Source: Calditrichaceae bacterium (lineage in GTDB: Bacteria > Calditrichota > Calditrichia > Calditrichales > JBFXGD01). Taken from it: a stretch of 30,306 bases of DNA. The stretch is taken from assembly GCA_050178385.1 (NCBI GenBank), contig JBFXGD010000024.1, forward strand, positions 1 through 30,306, read 5' to 3'. A model generated the notes under the pieces. That model was not told the origin of the DNA, made no database searches, and saw nothing but the letters and a program-made list of their open reading frames with translations. The position numbers and the translations under genes were made by a program. Below, piece after piece: positions 29,186-30,306 of the stretch. The number at the start of each line of letters is the position of its first letter. The first letter of the stretch is position 1.

Positions 29186-29899
29186 ATGATTATCGCTGTT
29201 CTTTCAGATATTCACGGCAATTTAGAGGCACTTGAAGCAGTCTTTCGCTATATTGATGAGAATCCCGTTGATAAAATTTATTGTCTCGGCGATATTGTCG
29301 GATACGGACCCAATCCAAACGAGTGTGTTGAGTTGATCCGTGAAAGATCGGATATTACTCTTATGGGTAATCATGATTATGCGGCTTTAGGTCTGGCTAA
29401 TATTGAATACTTTAATGAATACGCAAAAATGTCAACCTACTGGACGATCAATAATCTGAAAAAAGAGAATGAGGATTTTTTAAGAAAACTGCCGTTTACT
29501 CATCAAAACGGCCGGATTATGCTCGTGCATGCATCTCCAGCCAATCCGCCATACTGGCATTATATTCTATCTTTCCAGGAAGCAAAAAAAGAACTGCAGA
29601 CTTTTGATGAGTCAATCTGTTTTGTCGGACATTCGCATGTCCCGGTAATATTCTCAAAGGACAAGGCCTATAAGCAGTCGCCCTTTATGATCGAACAAAA
29701 TCAAAAATATATCGTTAATGTTGGCAGTGTTGGGCAGCCAAGAGACGGTAATGCAAAATCCTGCTTTGTGGTTTTTGATGAATCCACTGGAGAATTGAAG
29801 CATGTCCGCCTTGAATATGATGTAGAAAAAACTTACAAAAAGATTATCCGCGCCGGCCTGCCGGTGTTTTTGGCAGAACGCTTATTGAAAGGATATTAA
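29186..29899 (+). CDS. Calcineurin-like metallophosphoesterase
   Basis: SDIHGN, GDIVGYG, GNHD, HASP, GHSH and NVGSVGQPRDG. Confidence 0.93.
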   Translation: MIIAVLSDIHGNLEALEAVFRYIDENPVDKIYCLGDIVGYGPNPNECVELIRERSDITLMGNHDYAALGLANIEYFNEYAKMSTYWTINNLKKENEDFLRKLPFTHQNGRIMLVHASPANPPYWHYILSFQEAKKELQTFDESICFVGHSHVPVIFSKDKAYKQSPFMIEQNQKYIVNVGSVGQPRDGNAKSCFVVFDESTGELKHVRLEYDVEKTYKKIIRAGLPVFLAERLLKGY

Positions 29900-29908
29900 G
29901 AGGAAATT

Positions 29909-30306
29909 ATGATATCGAAACTGGTGAAATCTGTTTTTGGATCGAAACACGAACGGGATGTAAAAAAAATTCAACCCCTGGTTGAGCAAATCAATGTATA
30001 CTTTAATCAATTTGAGTCACTGACTGAAGATGAATTAAAAGCCAAAACTTCTGAATTTAAGGAGCGTCTGACGAAGGGTGAAACGCTAGATGATATTTTA
30101 CCTGAAGCTTTTGCCACAGTAAGAATGGCCTGTAAACGATTACTGGGACAAAAATGGAGAGTCGCTGGGAATGAGATCACATGGGATATGGTTCCGTATG
30201 ATGTACAATTAGTCGGCGGGATTGTGCTTCATCAGGGCAAAATAGCTGAAATGGCCACGGGAGAGGGTAAAACACTGGTGGCGACACTTCCGCTTTATCT
30301 GAATGC
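29909..30306 (+). CDS. secA: Preprotein translocase ATPase SecA (5' part, runs off the window; not in ORF track)
   Basis: Own translation from ATG 29909: [20 protein letters not shown]...[10 protein letters not shown]...[41 protein letters not shown]. Confidence 0.98.
   Translation, partial: MISKLVKSVFGSKHERDVKKIQPLVEQINVYFNQFESLTEDELKAKTSEFKERLTKGETLDDILPEAFATVRMACKRLLGQKWRVAGNEITWDMVPYDVQLVGGIVLHQGKIAEMATGEGKTLVATLPLYLN

Overview
A gene-dense bacterial chromosomal segment with every credible gene on the + strand. No rRNA, tRNA, CRISPR array or mobile element was seen. The lineage is inferred to be an FCB-group relative, possibly Calditrichota, from the atpB and secA style, a T9SS-CTD-like tail and Gln-initiated secreted proteins; this is not proven. 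Order: 3' end of a secreted protein with a T9SS-CTD/FlgD-Ig-like tail; exported TPR protein; parA-parB-M23 peptidase-bactofilin running directly into a complete H+-type F1Fo operon (atpZ/I-B-E-F-H-A-G-D, terminator-like hairpin, atpC); a 7-gene, ~10.7 kb operon (two large exported TPR proteins, a GltF-like small protein, one MotA/TolQ/ExbB, two ExbD/TolR, one TonB-like AgmX/PglI-type protein); aspS; a lipoprotein plus double-LysM bicistron; phoH; thiolase-hbd-nusB-metallophosphoesterase-secA (partial). The best candidate for an undescribed system is the 7-gene operon. It resembles the core of the myxobacterial Agl-Glt envelope motor but shows no outer-membrane barrel, adhesin or FHA module here. 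Its AglQ-like subunit has Asn at the canonical proton-carrying Asp, and its giant TPR subunit ends in a putative sugar-binding domain. All family assignments come from motif recognition by eye, not from searches.
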